A DNA stretch of 64,000 nt from an uncultured Bacteroidales bacterium. GTDB lineage: Bacteria > Bacteroidota > Bacteroidia > Bacteroidales > VadinHA17. Position numbers and translations under genes: made by a program. The notes beneath the pieces were generated by a model. The model did no database searches. It had not been told where the DNA came from and saw only the letters and a list, made by a program, of their open reading frames with translations. Numbering within the stretch: position 1 is the stretch's first letter; every line of letters begins with the position of its first letter. This document shows positions 29,393 through 38,649 of the stretch, one piece after another. The DNA lies in contig CAWALO010000033.1 in NCBI GenBank assembly GCA_963782945.1, positions 194,014-258,013 of the forward strand, written 5' to 3'.

Positions 29393-30988
29393 TCAGTCTG
29401 AAACAATATATTTTGGTTTTCTTCTGTTCTTTGTTCCCTGCTCATAGCTATATGCTATCTGAATAAGGAGCGGTTCACTCCATGCCCTGCCAAAGAAGGT
29501 TACCCCAACCGGAAGGTTATCTATGAAGCCCAATGGAACCGAAATTGCCGGGTATCCGGATATTGCTGCCAGTGATGAGCTGCCTCCTACAAAATGATCC
29601 CCTAGTATTAAATCTGTTTTCCATGCCGGAGAACCTGTCGGAGCCATTATAGCATCAAGTTTATTTGTACCCATTACCTTGTCAATTCCATCTTCTCTTG
29701 TTGCTTTTAGCATAAGGGCAAGGGCTTTTTTATATTCAGGCGATTCCAGATCACCTTTTTTATCTGCCATTTCAAGGATTTTCTGATCAAAATAGAGAAG
29801 TTCAATGCTGTCAGATTTATTGAATTCAATAAGCTCGCCTATATTTCTAACATGTGAATCACTCTTCAGTCCTGCAAGATATTTGTTAAGACCATCTTTG
29901 AATTCATAAACCATAACATCATATGAAGCAGACTCATAATCTTCACCTTTAGGGAAGTCAATATCTATCACCTCTGCTCCATTTGCTTTTAGCCATTTAA
30001 CTGCCTTCTCCATCAGAGTATCAACTTTATCAGAGAAGCCCATCGCCTTTCTCTGGAGACCTATGCGTTTACCTTTTACTCCATCTGCAATAAGATATTC
30101 TGAATAGTCGGTAAGGTATTTGCCCGCGGAAGCCACTGTTTTACTGTCAGTTGAATCGATACCGGTCATGGTTCCCAGGGCAATAGCAATATCCTGAACT
30201 GTTCTTCCCATCGGGCCTGGAGTATCCTGTGAGAAAGAAATAGGTATGATCCCCGAGCGGCTTATGAGTCCTACTGTTGGCTTTATTCCTGCAATGCCAT
30301 TGTTGTTTGAAGGGCAAACTATTGAGCCATTGGTTTCGGTGCCAATGGCTAGCATACATAGATTGGCTGAGACAGCTACTCCTGATCCGGAGCTTGAGCC
30401 GCAGGGATTACGGTCGAGTACATACGGATTTTTTGTCTGTCCTCCGGCTCCGCTCCATCCGCTGGATGACATCGAAGAACGGAAATTCGCCCATTCACTC
30501 AGATTCGATTTTGCAATTATTACGGCTCCAGCCTCTCTGAGCTTTTTTGCAACAAAGCTGTCATCTTTTGGATAAGAATTTCTCAGAGCTCTTGATCCGG
30601 CACTATTCGGCATCTTGTCATTAGTGCTGATGTTGTCCTTCAGGATCACGGGAACCCCATGAAGAGGCCCCCTTGACTTGCCGGCAGAAAGTTCCTTGTC
30701 CAGTTCACCGGCAATAGTTAGTGCATCTGGATTTACCTGTATTACAGAATTAAGCTTGGGCCCGTTTTTATCCAGATCATTAATGCGGTTAAGATAGATT
30801 GTCACGATTTGGGTAACAGTATATTTTCCATCCTTATATCCCTGCCGGAGCTGCGGAATAGTAAGTTCTTCAATCCAGCTGTTGTCAGCTGTTACCACAA
30901 TATCCCTGCCGGAAGGAGATGTGCATGTTATCAGAAATATCACTGCCGATGCGCACAGTAGGGAAAATCTGTAAAAGCGGGTTTTCAT
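29393..30988 (-). CDS. amidase-signature family amidase, lipoprotein
   Basis: GGSSSGSG-like signature (CGSSSGSGVAVSA), start at ATG 30988 gives MKTRFYRFSLLCASAVIFLITC lipobox; the longer ORF runs into the octamer array. Confidence 0.85.
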   Translation of the reverse strand: MKTRFYRFSLLCASAVIFLITCTSPSGRDIVVTADNSWIEELTIPQLRQGYKDGKYTVTQIVTIYLNRINDLDKNGPKLNSVIQVNPDALTIAGELDKELSAGKSRGPLHGVPVILKDNISTNDKMPNSAGSRALRNSYPKDDSFVAKKLREAGAVIIAKSNLSEWANFRSSMSSSGWSGAGGQTKNPYVLDRNPCGSSSGSGVAVSANLCMLAIGTETNGSIVCPSNNNGIAGIKPTVGLISRSGIIPISFSQDTPGPMGRTVQDIAIALGTMTGIDSTDSKTVASAGKYLTDYSEYLIADGVKGKRIGLQRKAMGFSDKVDTLMEKAVKWLKANGAEVIDIDFPKGEDYESASYDVMVYEFKDGLNKYLAGLKSDSHVRNIGELIEFNKSDSIELLYFDQKILEMADKKGDLESPEYKKALALMLKATREDGIDKVMGTNKLDAIMAPTGSPAWKTDLILGDHFVGGSSSLAAISGYPAISVPLGFIDNLPVGVTFFGRAWSEPLLIQIAYSYEQGTKNRRKPKYIVSD

Positions 30989-31016
30989 TGTCATAACTCT
31001 GTAACTTATTAAGCTC

Positions 31017-31080
31017 TTCAACATTTCAACATTTCAACTCTTCAACATTTCAACACTTCAACATATCAACATTTCACCTC
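31017..31080. repeat. degenerate octanucleotide array, 8 units
   Basis: ttcaacat ttcaacat ttcaactc ttcaacat ttcaacac ttcaacat atcaacat ttcacctc; ends 5 nt before the kef-type stop codon (31086..31088). Confidence 0.9.
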
Positions 31081-31085
31081 TGCCA

Positions 31086-33068
31086 TCAGTTGGTTTTACG
31101 GACTAGTAATTCGGAAGCAAAATTTATCTGTTCAGGATTTCCCAGTAAATATGCAATATCGTCACCCTTGAACACAGTTTCCGGTACAGGATGTTCAATA
31201 ATATCCGAACCTCTTCTGATTGCCAGGAGGGTTACTCCGGTCATTTTTCTCAGGTCAATATCAATTATCGATTTTCCATCTGCACGAGCGCCACGTTCAA
31301 CCTTTACTGCCTGTATGCTGATATTCGGAAATTCATCGAGAACAGAAGGCTGATTAACAATGTCTTTTTCACTGAATACACCCAGATTCGTATTCCTGAT
31401 ATGTGTAAGTATACGGTTAACCTCTTTTTGAGGGATCAGCCTTTTTATGAGGATACTGTTTAAGAGATCAATGGCTAACTCCAGTTTTTCAGGAATCACC
31501 TGGTCTGCGCCGGCTTTATATAGCATCTCCACATTCCTTATAAGAGTACCTCTTGCCAGAATATAGGCGTTTTTATTTATCCTCCTTACTTTATCGATAA
31601 TAGCTATTGAGGGTATGACACTGCCCACTGAAATAACGACAATATCAGCTGTATCCACATGGGCTTTTCTCAGAATTGGTTCATTGACAGCATCACCATA
31701 AACAACCATATCTCCGCAATTTATTTTTTCGCGGGCTCTTGAAGGGTCAAATATTATGGAGATATGCCTGAGATTATTCTGTTTTGCCATCGCCGATAGT
31801 TTTATAGCAGCTGCATCCTTACCTATGATTACAAGATGGTTCTTGAAATCGGGTATTTCAATCTCCTTCAATGGAAACAATCCGTTAATCATAACCCCGG
31901 GAAGTGGTAGCTTAAGCAGTAATTTTAACATCGGTGATGACAGGTAAAATATGAATGGGGTAAAAGCCATTGTAATGACTGCAACTGCAAGGAAGAGATG
32001 ATAATAGAAAGCTGACAATATAGAGTTATCAAATCCGATTTTAGCCAGGACAAATGAAAATTCACCTACCTGGCTGAGCGCAAGGCCGATCAATATAGTA
32101 CCCTGCAATGTATGCCCCAGAATAAATCCTGTACCTCCTGCAATTATTGTTTTTACCACGAGTATCAGCACAACACTTATAATAACCAGTATATAGTTCT
32201 CGATAACGAATGAGATATCAAGCAGCATACCGATGGAGACAAAGAAAAAGCTGGCGAATATATCCTTTACTGGCTGAAAATTTCCGAAAGCATTGTAGCT
32301 GTATTCCGATTCAGAGATCATCAACCCTGCTAAAAATGCACCGAAAGCAAGTGACATCCCTAATTTTGAGGTAAACAGGGCGATTGCAAAACAGATCAGG
32401 AATATACTCATCATGAAGAGCTCCTGACTCTTTGTAAGTGCAATAAGGTGCAATAGTTTAGGCAACAGCCATTTGTTACCGGCATAGACAAGTCCGATTA
32501 TGAAAATTACCTTGAGTGTAAGCGCAATTAATTCCTTTTGTATGTCCAATGTATTCTCAGCCAGAAGATTGACTAACAGGAGGAGAGGAGCGAGCAGAAG
32601 GTCCTGGAAAATAAGAATACCCAAAACAGTGCGCCCGTAGTTTGAAGTAAGTTCGGACCGTTCCTGGAGAATTTTCAAAACCAGTGCTGAGCTGCTCAGA
32701 GCAGCCAGGAAACCTATAAATAGTCCTCCCTGCCAGTTCATTCCAAAAAAATGTGATGCTACGAAAAACACTCCTGCAGTTACGGTTACCTGTATAAAGC
32801 CTCCAAGGAAGACAATTCTTCTGATCTTCAGGAGATGTTGCAAAGAGAACTCCATTCCAATGGTGAAGAGCAGCAATACAACCCCTATTTCAGCTAAAAG
32901 CTCTATCTGATGTCCTTCGGAAACCAGTGAAAGCAGATGTGGTCCGGCGATGACACCTGTAAGCAAATATCCAACAACTGTGGGGATCCTGAACCTTGTG
33001 AAAATAAGATTCACCAGGGTGGAGAGAGCAAAGATTATTACAATATCCTTTAATATTGATAACTCCAT
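31086..33068 (-). CDS. Kef-type cation:proton antiporter with RCK (TrkA-N/TrkA-C) domains
   Basis: About 12 TM segments followed by a Rossmann-like HLVIIGKDAAA segment and a C-terminal RCK_C-like region; ATG at 33068. Confidence 0.85.
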   Translation of the reverse strand: MELSILKDIVIIFALSTLVNLIFTRFRIPTVVGYLLTGVIAGPHLLSLVSEGHQIELLAEIGVVLLLFTIGMEFSLQHLLKIRRIVFLGGFIQVTVTAGVFFVASHFFGMNWQGGLFIGFLAALSSSALVLKILQERSELTSNYGRTVLGILIFQDLLLAPLLLLVNLLAENTLDIQKELIALTLKVIFIIGLVYAGNKWLLPKLLHLIALTKSQELFMMSIFLICFAIALFTSKLGMSLAFGAFLAGLMISESEYSYNAFGNFQPVKDIFASFFFVSIGMLLDISFVIENYILVIISVVLILVVKTIIAGGTGFILGHTLQGTILIGLALSQVGEFSFVLAKIGFDNSILSAFYYHLFLAVAVITMAFTPFIFYLSSPMLKLLLKLPLPGVMINGLFPLKEIEIPDFKNHLVIIGKDAAAIKLSAMAKQNNLRHISIIFDPSRAREKINCGDMVVYGDAVNEPILRKAHVDTADIVVISVGSVIPSIAIIDKVRRINKNAYILARGTLIRNVEMLYKAGADQVIPEKLELAIDLLNSILIKRLIPQKEVNRILTHIRNTNLGVFSEKDIVNQPSVLDEFPNISIQAVKVERGARADGKSIIDIDLRKMTGVTLLAIRRGSDIIEHPVPETVFKGDDIAYLLGNPEQINFASELLVRKTN

Positions 33069-33194
33069 CTTAACTTTAATGGATTTCTGCAAGTAACATC
33101 CTAAAGATAATTTTTATAGTCCGGATTCAAGTATGCCTTAAGAGGATTTTTATATGATTTATTTTTAGCTCCCTGAAAAATTTTAATCTGCAGA

Positions 33195-33212
33195 TATTTT
33201 TGAATATATTTG
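33195..33212 (+). promoter_or_regulatory. two overlapping-phase -7 boxes (TATTTTTG 33195, TATATTTG 33205) upstream of the xdhC-like operon
   Basis: Exact motif matches 76-86 nt upstream of ATG 33288. Confidence 0.4.
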
Positions 33213-33287
33213 TTCAATAACATCAGAATATATTCAGAATTTATAATTCAGTTATTCTCAGAAAGTATTAAAAGTCAATAGGGAAAA

Positions 33288-34352
33288 ATGAAAAACATCT
33301 ACCTGGAGATTCTTGATCTGCAGTCATCCGTTTCCCCGCTGGCATTGGCCACAATTGTCAGAACGCAGGGTTCCACTCCCCAGAAGCCCGGATGTTCCGC
33401 ATTATTTGATGGAATGGGGCTTGTTACCGGCACCGTGGGAGGAGGCATTGTAGAAGGGAAAGTGCAAAAACTGGCAGCAGAGTCAATTGTATCAGGGAAT
33501 TCAGGAATTCATCATTTCAATCTGGGGAATGACATATCAAACACGGAGGAGGCTATCTGCGGTGGACAGATAGATATTCTTATTGACCTGAATATCAGTA
33601 ATTTCATGCCGGTATTTGAACAGATGAACCAGTCTCTCAAAAACCAGATTCCGGGGGTTTTGATTACTGAGATCACAGGATTAAAAGAGGCAAAAGCACT
33701 TATAGATCGTTTCTGGATCAGTGAAATTGCCGAACCATCTTTACCGGCAGATTTCATAGCAAGTATTGAACCTGAATTCAAAAAGCTGATCTCTGAAAAG
33801 AATCCCTCAGGTTTCCGCGAAATATCGATGGGTTTGGCAGATGAAGAACCATCCACCCTGTTTTTACTACAGCCTTTTTTTCCTCCTGATCAACTGATAA
33901 TAGCAGGAGCCGGACATATCGGCAGGGCACTGGCACATTTCGGAATGCTTCTGGATTTCGAGGTTACAGTAATTGATGACCGTCAGGAATTTGCAAATAA
34001 AGACAATATCCCTGATGCAGACCATATTATTGTGAGGAATATAGGCGATGCCATCAATGAACTGAAAAAAGCCGGTAACACCTATGTAGTTATCGTCACA
34101 AGAGGGCATAAGGATGATGCGTCCGCCCTCAGACCATGCATTGGAAAGGGGTTGGCATATATAGGAATGATAGGCAGTAAAAAAAAGGTTTCTGCTATGA
34201 GGATAAACTTCATAGAAAACGAATGGGCTACATATGCACAGTGGGATCAGATCCATGCACCGGTTGGGCTTCCTGTCAAGGCACAGACAGTTGAAGAAAT
34301 TGCTGTAAGTATCGCAGCGGAACTCATTCTGATAAGAAATAGCAAAAGGTAA
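33288..34352 (+). CDS. XdhC family molybdoenzyme maturation protein
   Basis: N-terminal XdhC/CoxI region (LATIVRTQGSTPQKPG) and C-terminal Rossmann-like IIAGAGHIGRAL. Confidence 0.8.
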   Translation: MKNIYLEILDLQSSVSPLALATIVRTQGSTPQKPGCSALFDGMGLVTGTVGGGIVEGKVQKLAAESIVSGNSGIHHFNLGNDISNTEEAICGGQIDILIDLNISNFMPVFEQMNQSLKNQIPGVLITEITGLKEAKALIDRFWISEIAEPSLPADFIASIEPEFKKLISEKNPSGFREISMGLADEEPSTLFLLQPFFPPDQLIIAGAGHIGRALAHFGMLLDFEVTVIDDRQEFANKDNIPDADHIIVRNIGDAINELKKAGNTYVVIVTRGHKDDASALRPCIGKGLAYIGMIGSKKKVSAMRINFIENEWATYAQWDQIHAPVGLPVKAQTVEEIAVSIAAELILIRNSKR

Positions 34353-34380
34353 GACGACTCACGATGTACGGCACACGGCA
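34353..34380. repeat. short heptanucleotide array, 4 units
   Basis: gacgact cacgatg tacggca cacggca, starting at the nt after the xdhC-like stop codon. Confidence 0.5.
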
Positions 34381-34395
34381 TAAATTAATTTTCAG

Positions 34396-34989
34396 ATGGG
34401 TGAGATCCGGAGTATAATACTGGCAGCAGGCGAATCAAAGCGCATGGGATTTCCTAAAATGCTTCTGAAGTTTAATGGGAAAACAATGATTGAAAAAGTT
34501 CTTGAAAATGTTGCAGAATCGGATTCAGATAGTATATTAGTGGTTCTTGGCGCCAGCATGGAAGTTTTGATAGACCTGGTCAGGAAATATGATGTAAAGT
34601 ATTGCTATAATAGTAATTACATGGACGGAATGCTTTCCTCTGTACAATGCGGGTTTAAAAATCTGCCTTCAGATACTGCGGCGACTATGGTTTTTCAGGG
34701 CGATCAGCCATTTATTACTCCGTCGGTTATCAATATGGTAATCGATGCATACAAAACATCCGGAAAGGGAATTGTTATTCCTGTTTATAAAGGGAAAAGA
34801 GGCCATCCTCTGCTGCTTGACAAAAAATATTCAGACCGGATCTACAGTCTTGATCCTTCAGAAGGATTACGTTCTATTATATACCTCAATTCATCCGATG
34901 TTCTGGAGGTTGAGACAGGCGAACCTGGTATTTTGAGAGATTTTGATACATATGACGATTATAAAGAGGAAATTAATCAAACATTATAG
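34396..34989 (+). CDS. MobA-like nucleotidyltransferase (molybdenum cofactor cytidylyltransferase MocA-like)
   Basis: ILAAGESKRMG N-terminal motif, 197 aa, located between xdhC-like and molybdoenzyme genes. Confidence 0.75.
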   Translation: MGEIRSIILAAGESKRMGFPKMLLKFNGKTMIEKVLENVAESDSDSILVVLGASMEVLIDLVRKYDVKYCYNSNYMDGMLSSVQCGFKNLPSDTAATMVFQGDQPFITPSVINMVIDAYKTSGKGIVIPVYKGKRGHPLLLDKKYSDRIYSLDPSEGLRSIIYLNSSDVLEVETGEPGILRDFDTYDDYKEEINQTL

Positions 34990-34991
34990 CT

Positions 34992-35468
34992 ATGCAAGAA
35001 ACAATCAGTTTTGAGTTAAACGGGAAAAAAACAGAGGCCCTGATTGATCCCACCGAAACACTCCTGTGGGTGTTGCGCAATCATTTCGGGCTCACGGGAA
35101 CCAAATATGGCTGTGGCATGGGATTTTGCGGATCATGTACGGTCCTCATTGACAATGAGGCAGTAAGATCATGCACCATCCCTGTTGGTGACGTAAAAGG
35201 TAAAAATGTTGTTACCATAGAAGGCCTGGCAAATAACGGAGAGCTGCATCCTGTTCAGAAGGCATTTATCGAACATGACGCCTTGCAGTGCGGTTATTGT
35301 ACCCCCGGCATGATAATGAATGCTGCAGGTCTCCTGCTGAAAAATCCTTCCCCCAATACAGATCAGATAAAGGAGGGAATGGAAAATAATTTCTGCCGTT
35401 GCGGTGCTCATGTTCGTATTGTTGCGGCTGTAGAGACTGCTGCTAAAGAAATGAAAGGAGGGAAATAA
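34992..35468 (+). CDS. (2Fe-2S)-binding small subunit of a xanthine dehydrogenase-family molybdoenzyme
   Basis: CGMGFCGSC plus CGYCTPG...CRCGAH cluster motifs; 158 aa; no signal peptide. Confidence 0.9.
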   Translation: MQETISFELNGKKTEALIDPTETLLWVLRNHFGLTGTKYGCGMGFCGSCTVLIDNEAVRSCTIPVGDVKGKNVVTIEGLANNGELHPVQKAFIEHDALQCGYCTPGMIMNAAGLLLKNPSPNTDQIKEGMENNFCRCGAHVRIVAAVETAAKEMKGGK

Positions 35469-35470
35469 TC

Positions 35471-37624
35471 ATGAAAAAAGATGAAACTGTGAATATAGCC
35501 TCAGCAACTGGCAAAAAGCGTCGCGGAATGCCGAGGCGTGATTTTTTCAAACTAATAGGAAGTGGAATTATTGTCTGTTTCATGCCAAGGTGTGCCAGCG
35601 ACGGAACTCCGCTGGCAGCTCCGCTGGAAAGAGATCTCACAAAGGATTACAATGCTTTCCTGCTTATAGGTGAGGATGGAACTGTAAACTGCTTTACCGG
35701 AAAAATTGAGATGGGTCAGGGAATTATCACATCACTGGTTCAGATGATGGCTGATGAACTGAATGTTCCGATTGAAAAAATTAAGCTTGTGATGGGAGAT
35801 ACCGACCTTTGTCCCTGGGATGGCGGTACCTGGGGTTCAACTACTACCAGGGAATTCGGACCATCCATGAGGGCTGCTTTAGCAGAAGGGAAAGGGGTGC
35901 TTCTTGAACTGGCATCGGAAAAGCTTAAGGTGCCGGTAAGTCAGCTTACCGTGAATGATGGTGTAATAACAGATACTGCTAATCCTGCCAATTCGGTCAC
36001 TTATGCCGAGCTTGCTAAAGGGAAGAAAATTGAGCGATTCCTCAAAGAAAAACCTTCTCCTGAAGACTATACGAAATATACGTTTGTTGGTAAATCCTAC
36101 CAGCGAATGGATGCAAAAGTGAAAGTTACCGGGGAAGCGAAATTTACAGGCGACTTGAAAGTGCCAGGGATGGTTTTTGCCCGTATCCTCAGACCTCCGT
36201 CGCATGGCGCAAAACTTACAACTGTTGATACATCCGGAGCTGAAAAGGTTGAAGGCGCAAAAGTGGTCAGGGATGGAGACCTTATAGCTGTACTGCACGA
36301 AAACCGTGACAAAGCTGATGAAGCGCTCATTAAGATAAAAGCGGATTATACTTATAATGAATTGCCTGTCAATGATAAGACTGTCTTCGAGTATATGCTG
36401 AAATCGGATTCATATGCAAATGTTGAGACGTCAAGTGGTGATCTTGAGGCAGGAAAAAAACTTTGCGATAAGACATTCGAAACAGTTGTTCATGATCCAT
36501 ATCTGGCTCATTCACCTATGGAAACTCATGCAGCTCTTGCACAATTTGAAGGAGGTAAAATGACTGTCTGGGCATCAACTCAAACGCCTTATCCTCTTCA
36601 GGACGAACTGGCAGGAGTATTGGCACTTCCTCTTGAGAAAGTCAGGGTAATTGTGCCCTTTGTCGGCGGAGGTTTTGGTGGCAAGAGCACAAACTATCAG
36701 GCTGTCGAAGCTGCAAAGCTGGCAAAGCTGAGTGGGAAACCTGTGATGGTTATGTGTACACGTGATGAAGAGTTTTTCAAGGATAATTTTCATCCGGCCG
36801 GGGTAATTACAATTAAATCTGGTATTGACAAGGAGGGACTGATAAAATACTGGGAATACGATACATATTACTGCGGCACAAGGGGCACTGAGATTCTTTA
36901 TGATGTCCCCAATCTTAAGTTTACAGATCACGACCGTAAGGAAAACGGGCCGCTTATACATCCCTTTGATACAGGGCCGTGGCGTGCTCCCAACAACAAC
37001 ACAAATACTTTCGCCAGAGAGATGCAGGTAGATCTCATGGCAGCAGCAGCAGGGATTGATCCTCTGGAATTTCGTCTTAAGAATCTTAAGGATGAGAAGA
37101 TGATAGAGGTACTGAAAAAAGTTGCTGATATGTTCGGATATAAGCCGGGTAAAGGTAAAGGTGGAAGAGGGGTTGGTATGGCAATAGGTACTGATGTTGA
37201 TTCGTTGGTGGCTCAGATGGCTGAAGTTGAGGTTGATAAAAAGAGTGGTAAGGTTAAGGTTTTGCGTATGGCCTGTGCACAGGATATGGGGCAATGCGTT
37301 AATCCTCAGGGAGCAACACTTCAGATGGAGGGATGTATGACTATGGGACTCGGATACACCCTTACGGAAGAGATTATCTATGAGGGAGGGAATATAATAA
37401 CAAGAGGATTTGATTCCTATGATATTCCAAAGTTCTCATGGCTGCCAAAAATAGATACCTTTATAATTCAAAGGCTAAATGAACCTCCGCATGGTGGGGG
37501 AGAACCAGCAATTATTACTGTCGGGGCAGTTGTTGGAAACGCCATTTTTAATGCAACGGGAGCACGGCTCACCAGAATGCCATTTACACCGGAAAGAGTC
37601 CTTGAGGCATTGAAAAAAGTATAG
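35471..37624 (+). CDS. molybdopterin-binding large subunit (IorB/aldehyde oxidoreductase-like), Tat signal
   Basis: PRRDFFKLIGSGIIVCF twin-arginine leader; GQG, FGGK and other XDH-family large-subunit motifs; 717 aa. Confidence 0.85.
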   Translation: MKKDETVNIASATGKKRRGMPRRDFFKLIGSGIIVCFMPRCASDGTPLAAPLERDLTKDYNAFLLIGEDGTVNCFTGKIEMGQGIITSLVQMMADELNVPIEKIKLVMGDTDLCPWDGGTWGSTTTREFGPSMRAALAEGKGVLLELASEKLKVPVSQLTVNDGVITDTANPANSVTYAELAKGKKIERFLKEKPSPEDYTKYTFVGKSYQRMDAKVKVTGEAKFTGDLKVPGMVFARILRPPSHGAKLTTVDTSGAEKVEGAKVVRDGDLIAVLHENRDKADEALIKIKADYTYNELPVNDKTVFEYMLKSDSYANVETSSGDLEAGKKLCDKTFETVVHDPYLAHSPMETHAALAQFEGGKMTVWASTQTPYPLQDELAGVLALPLEKVRVIVPFVGGGFGGKSTNYQAVEAAKLAKLSGKPVMVMCTRDEEFFKDNFHPAGVITIKSGIDKEGLIKYWEYDTYYCGTRGTEILYDVPNLKFTDHDRKENGPLIHPFDTGPWRAPNNNTNTFAREMQVDLMAAAAGIDPLEFRLKNLKDEKMIEVLKKVADMFGYKPGKGKGGRGVGMAIGTDVDSLVAQMAEVEVDKKSGKVKVLRMACAQDMGQCVNPQGATLQMEGCMTMGLGYTLTEEIIYEGGNIITRGFDSYDIPKFSWLPKIDTFIIQRLNEPPHGGGEPAIITVGAVVGNAIFNATGARLTRMPFTPERVLEALKKV

Positions 37625-37728
37625 GCGTCAGGCATCAGGCATCAGGCGTCAGGCGTCAGGCCACAGGGGAGATTGATTTATAAAAATTCCCCTGATACCT
37701 GTCGCCCGCCCCCTGACGCCATTTTTTT
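37624..37728. repeat. heptanucleotide array (6 units ggcgtca ggcatca ggcatca ggcgtca ggcgtca ggccaca) folding back on an inverted partial copy, followed by T7
   Basis: Right arm tcccctgatacctgtcgcccgccccctgacgcc (37688..37720) pairs with cagggga and ggcgtcagg of the left arm; ttttttt at 37722..37728; fills the whole gap between convergent genes. Confidence 0.8.
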
Positions 37729-38596
37729 AATAGAGATATTTTTTAAGGAGTTCAATTCCTTTCTTTATCTCTTCGCGGCCTGAAGATTCAATGCCATACC
37801 ATCCGCGGTATCCTGAGTCTCTGGCCAGTTTTATCATTTTTGCGGTAATCTCCTCTGTTGGCTGATTCCGGTAAGACATTCCTCCGGCATAAGGAAGCAT
37901 TTTCTGCAGATAGTCATAATTATCGAAATTATCAGACGGCCGGCGCCAGTCGGGATAACTTCCGAAATAGAGGTTGTCAACCTCCTTCAGAAGCGATACC
38001 ATCCAGTCAGCATCATTGGAGACTCCGCCGTGATTTTCGATCAGTACACTGATCTTTGCAGGAACCGCATATTCCATCATCATCTGATATGTCTCCGTTG
38101 CCCATTTAAGCGCTTCACCCTTTGAAACATTCTCCGGTCCCCGGCAGTTGGTCCTGATTGCATGACATCCAAGGTAATGTGCAGCATCGATCCACTTGCG
38201 GTGATTAATCTCAAACTGACGCCGTTCTTCCCTGGTTGAAGAACATCCATCGCCCTCATCGTCTACCATTATCAGAACCATTGTAACACCATTGTCTGCA
38301 GCGTTTTTCTTTAACTGTTTAAGATACCCTTCTGTGGTTACTTCAAAAAGAGTATTTACAAATTCAATACCATTCAGTCCAAAATCATTCCTTGCTATTT
38401 TAGCAAAATCAAGGGTTTTCCATTTGCCCGACTTCACTTCATCAACAAGAGCCCATTGGGCGAGTGAGATATCATCTTTGATCATACGGGCCGTGGGCCC
38501 TGTGAGGGATGACCCGATTACTGAGGGAGCAACAATGCCTGCTGCTCCCACTACAACCGATTTTTCGAGAAAATTTCTTCTTGTAATATTCTTCAT
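37727..38596 (-). CDS. xylose isomerase-like TIM-barrel protein (sugar phosphate isomerase/epimerase family), Tat signal
   Basis: MKNITRRNFLEKSVVVGAAGIVAP leader; family resemblance of the mature part (IENHGG motif). Confidence 0.75.
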   Translation of the reverse strand: MKNITRRNFLEKSVVVGAAGIVAPSVIGSSLTGPTARMIKDDISLAQWALVDEVKSGKWKTLDFAKIARNDFGLNGIEFVNTLFEVTTEGYLKQLKKNAADNGVTMVLIMVDDEGDGCSSTREERRQFEINHRKWIDAAHYLGCHAIRTNCRGPENVSKGEALKWATETYQMMMEYAVPAKISVLIENHGGVSNDADWMVSLLKEVDNLYFGSYPDWRRPSDNFDNYDYLQKMLPYAGGMSYRNQPTEEITAKMIKLARDSGYRGWYGIESSGREEIKKGIELLKKYLY

Positions 38597-38649
38597 TACT
38601 ATGAATTAATTATTCATTGGTATTTCGTAGTTTTCAATTAAAGCTGAGA

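Noticed and set aside
33093-33287. Molybdenum-cofactor riboswitch upstream of the xdhC-like operon
   Set aside because: The region is AT-rich with promoter-like boxes only. I recognised no conserved Moco-riboswitch stems, though a covariance-model search was not possible.
36575-37294. 239-aa ORF antisense to the molybdopterin subunit
   Set aside because: It lies entirely inside a well-supported gene on the opposite strand, is Cys/His/Leu-rich and shows no motif, so it is a shadow ORF. The same reasoning applies to 40823-41368, 57453-58016, 53052-53573, 52378-52824, 35879-36298, 16024-16443, 314-694 and the other short antisense ORFs in the track.
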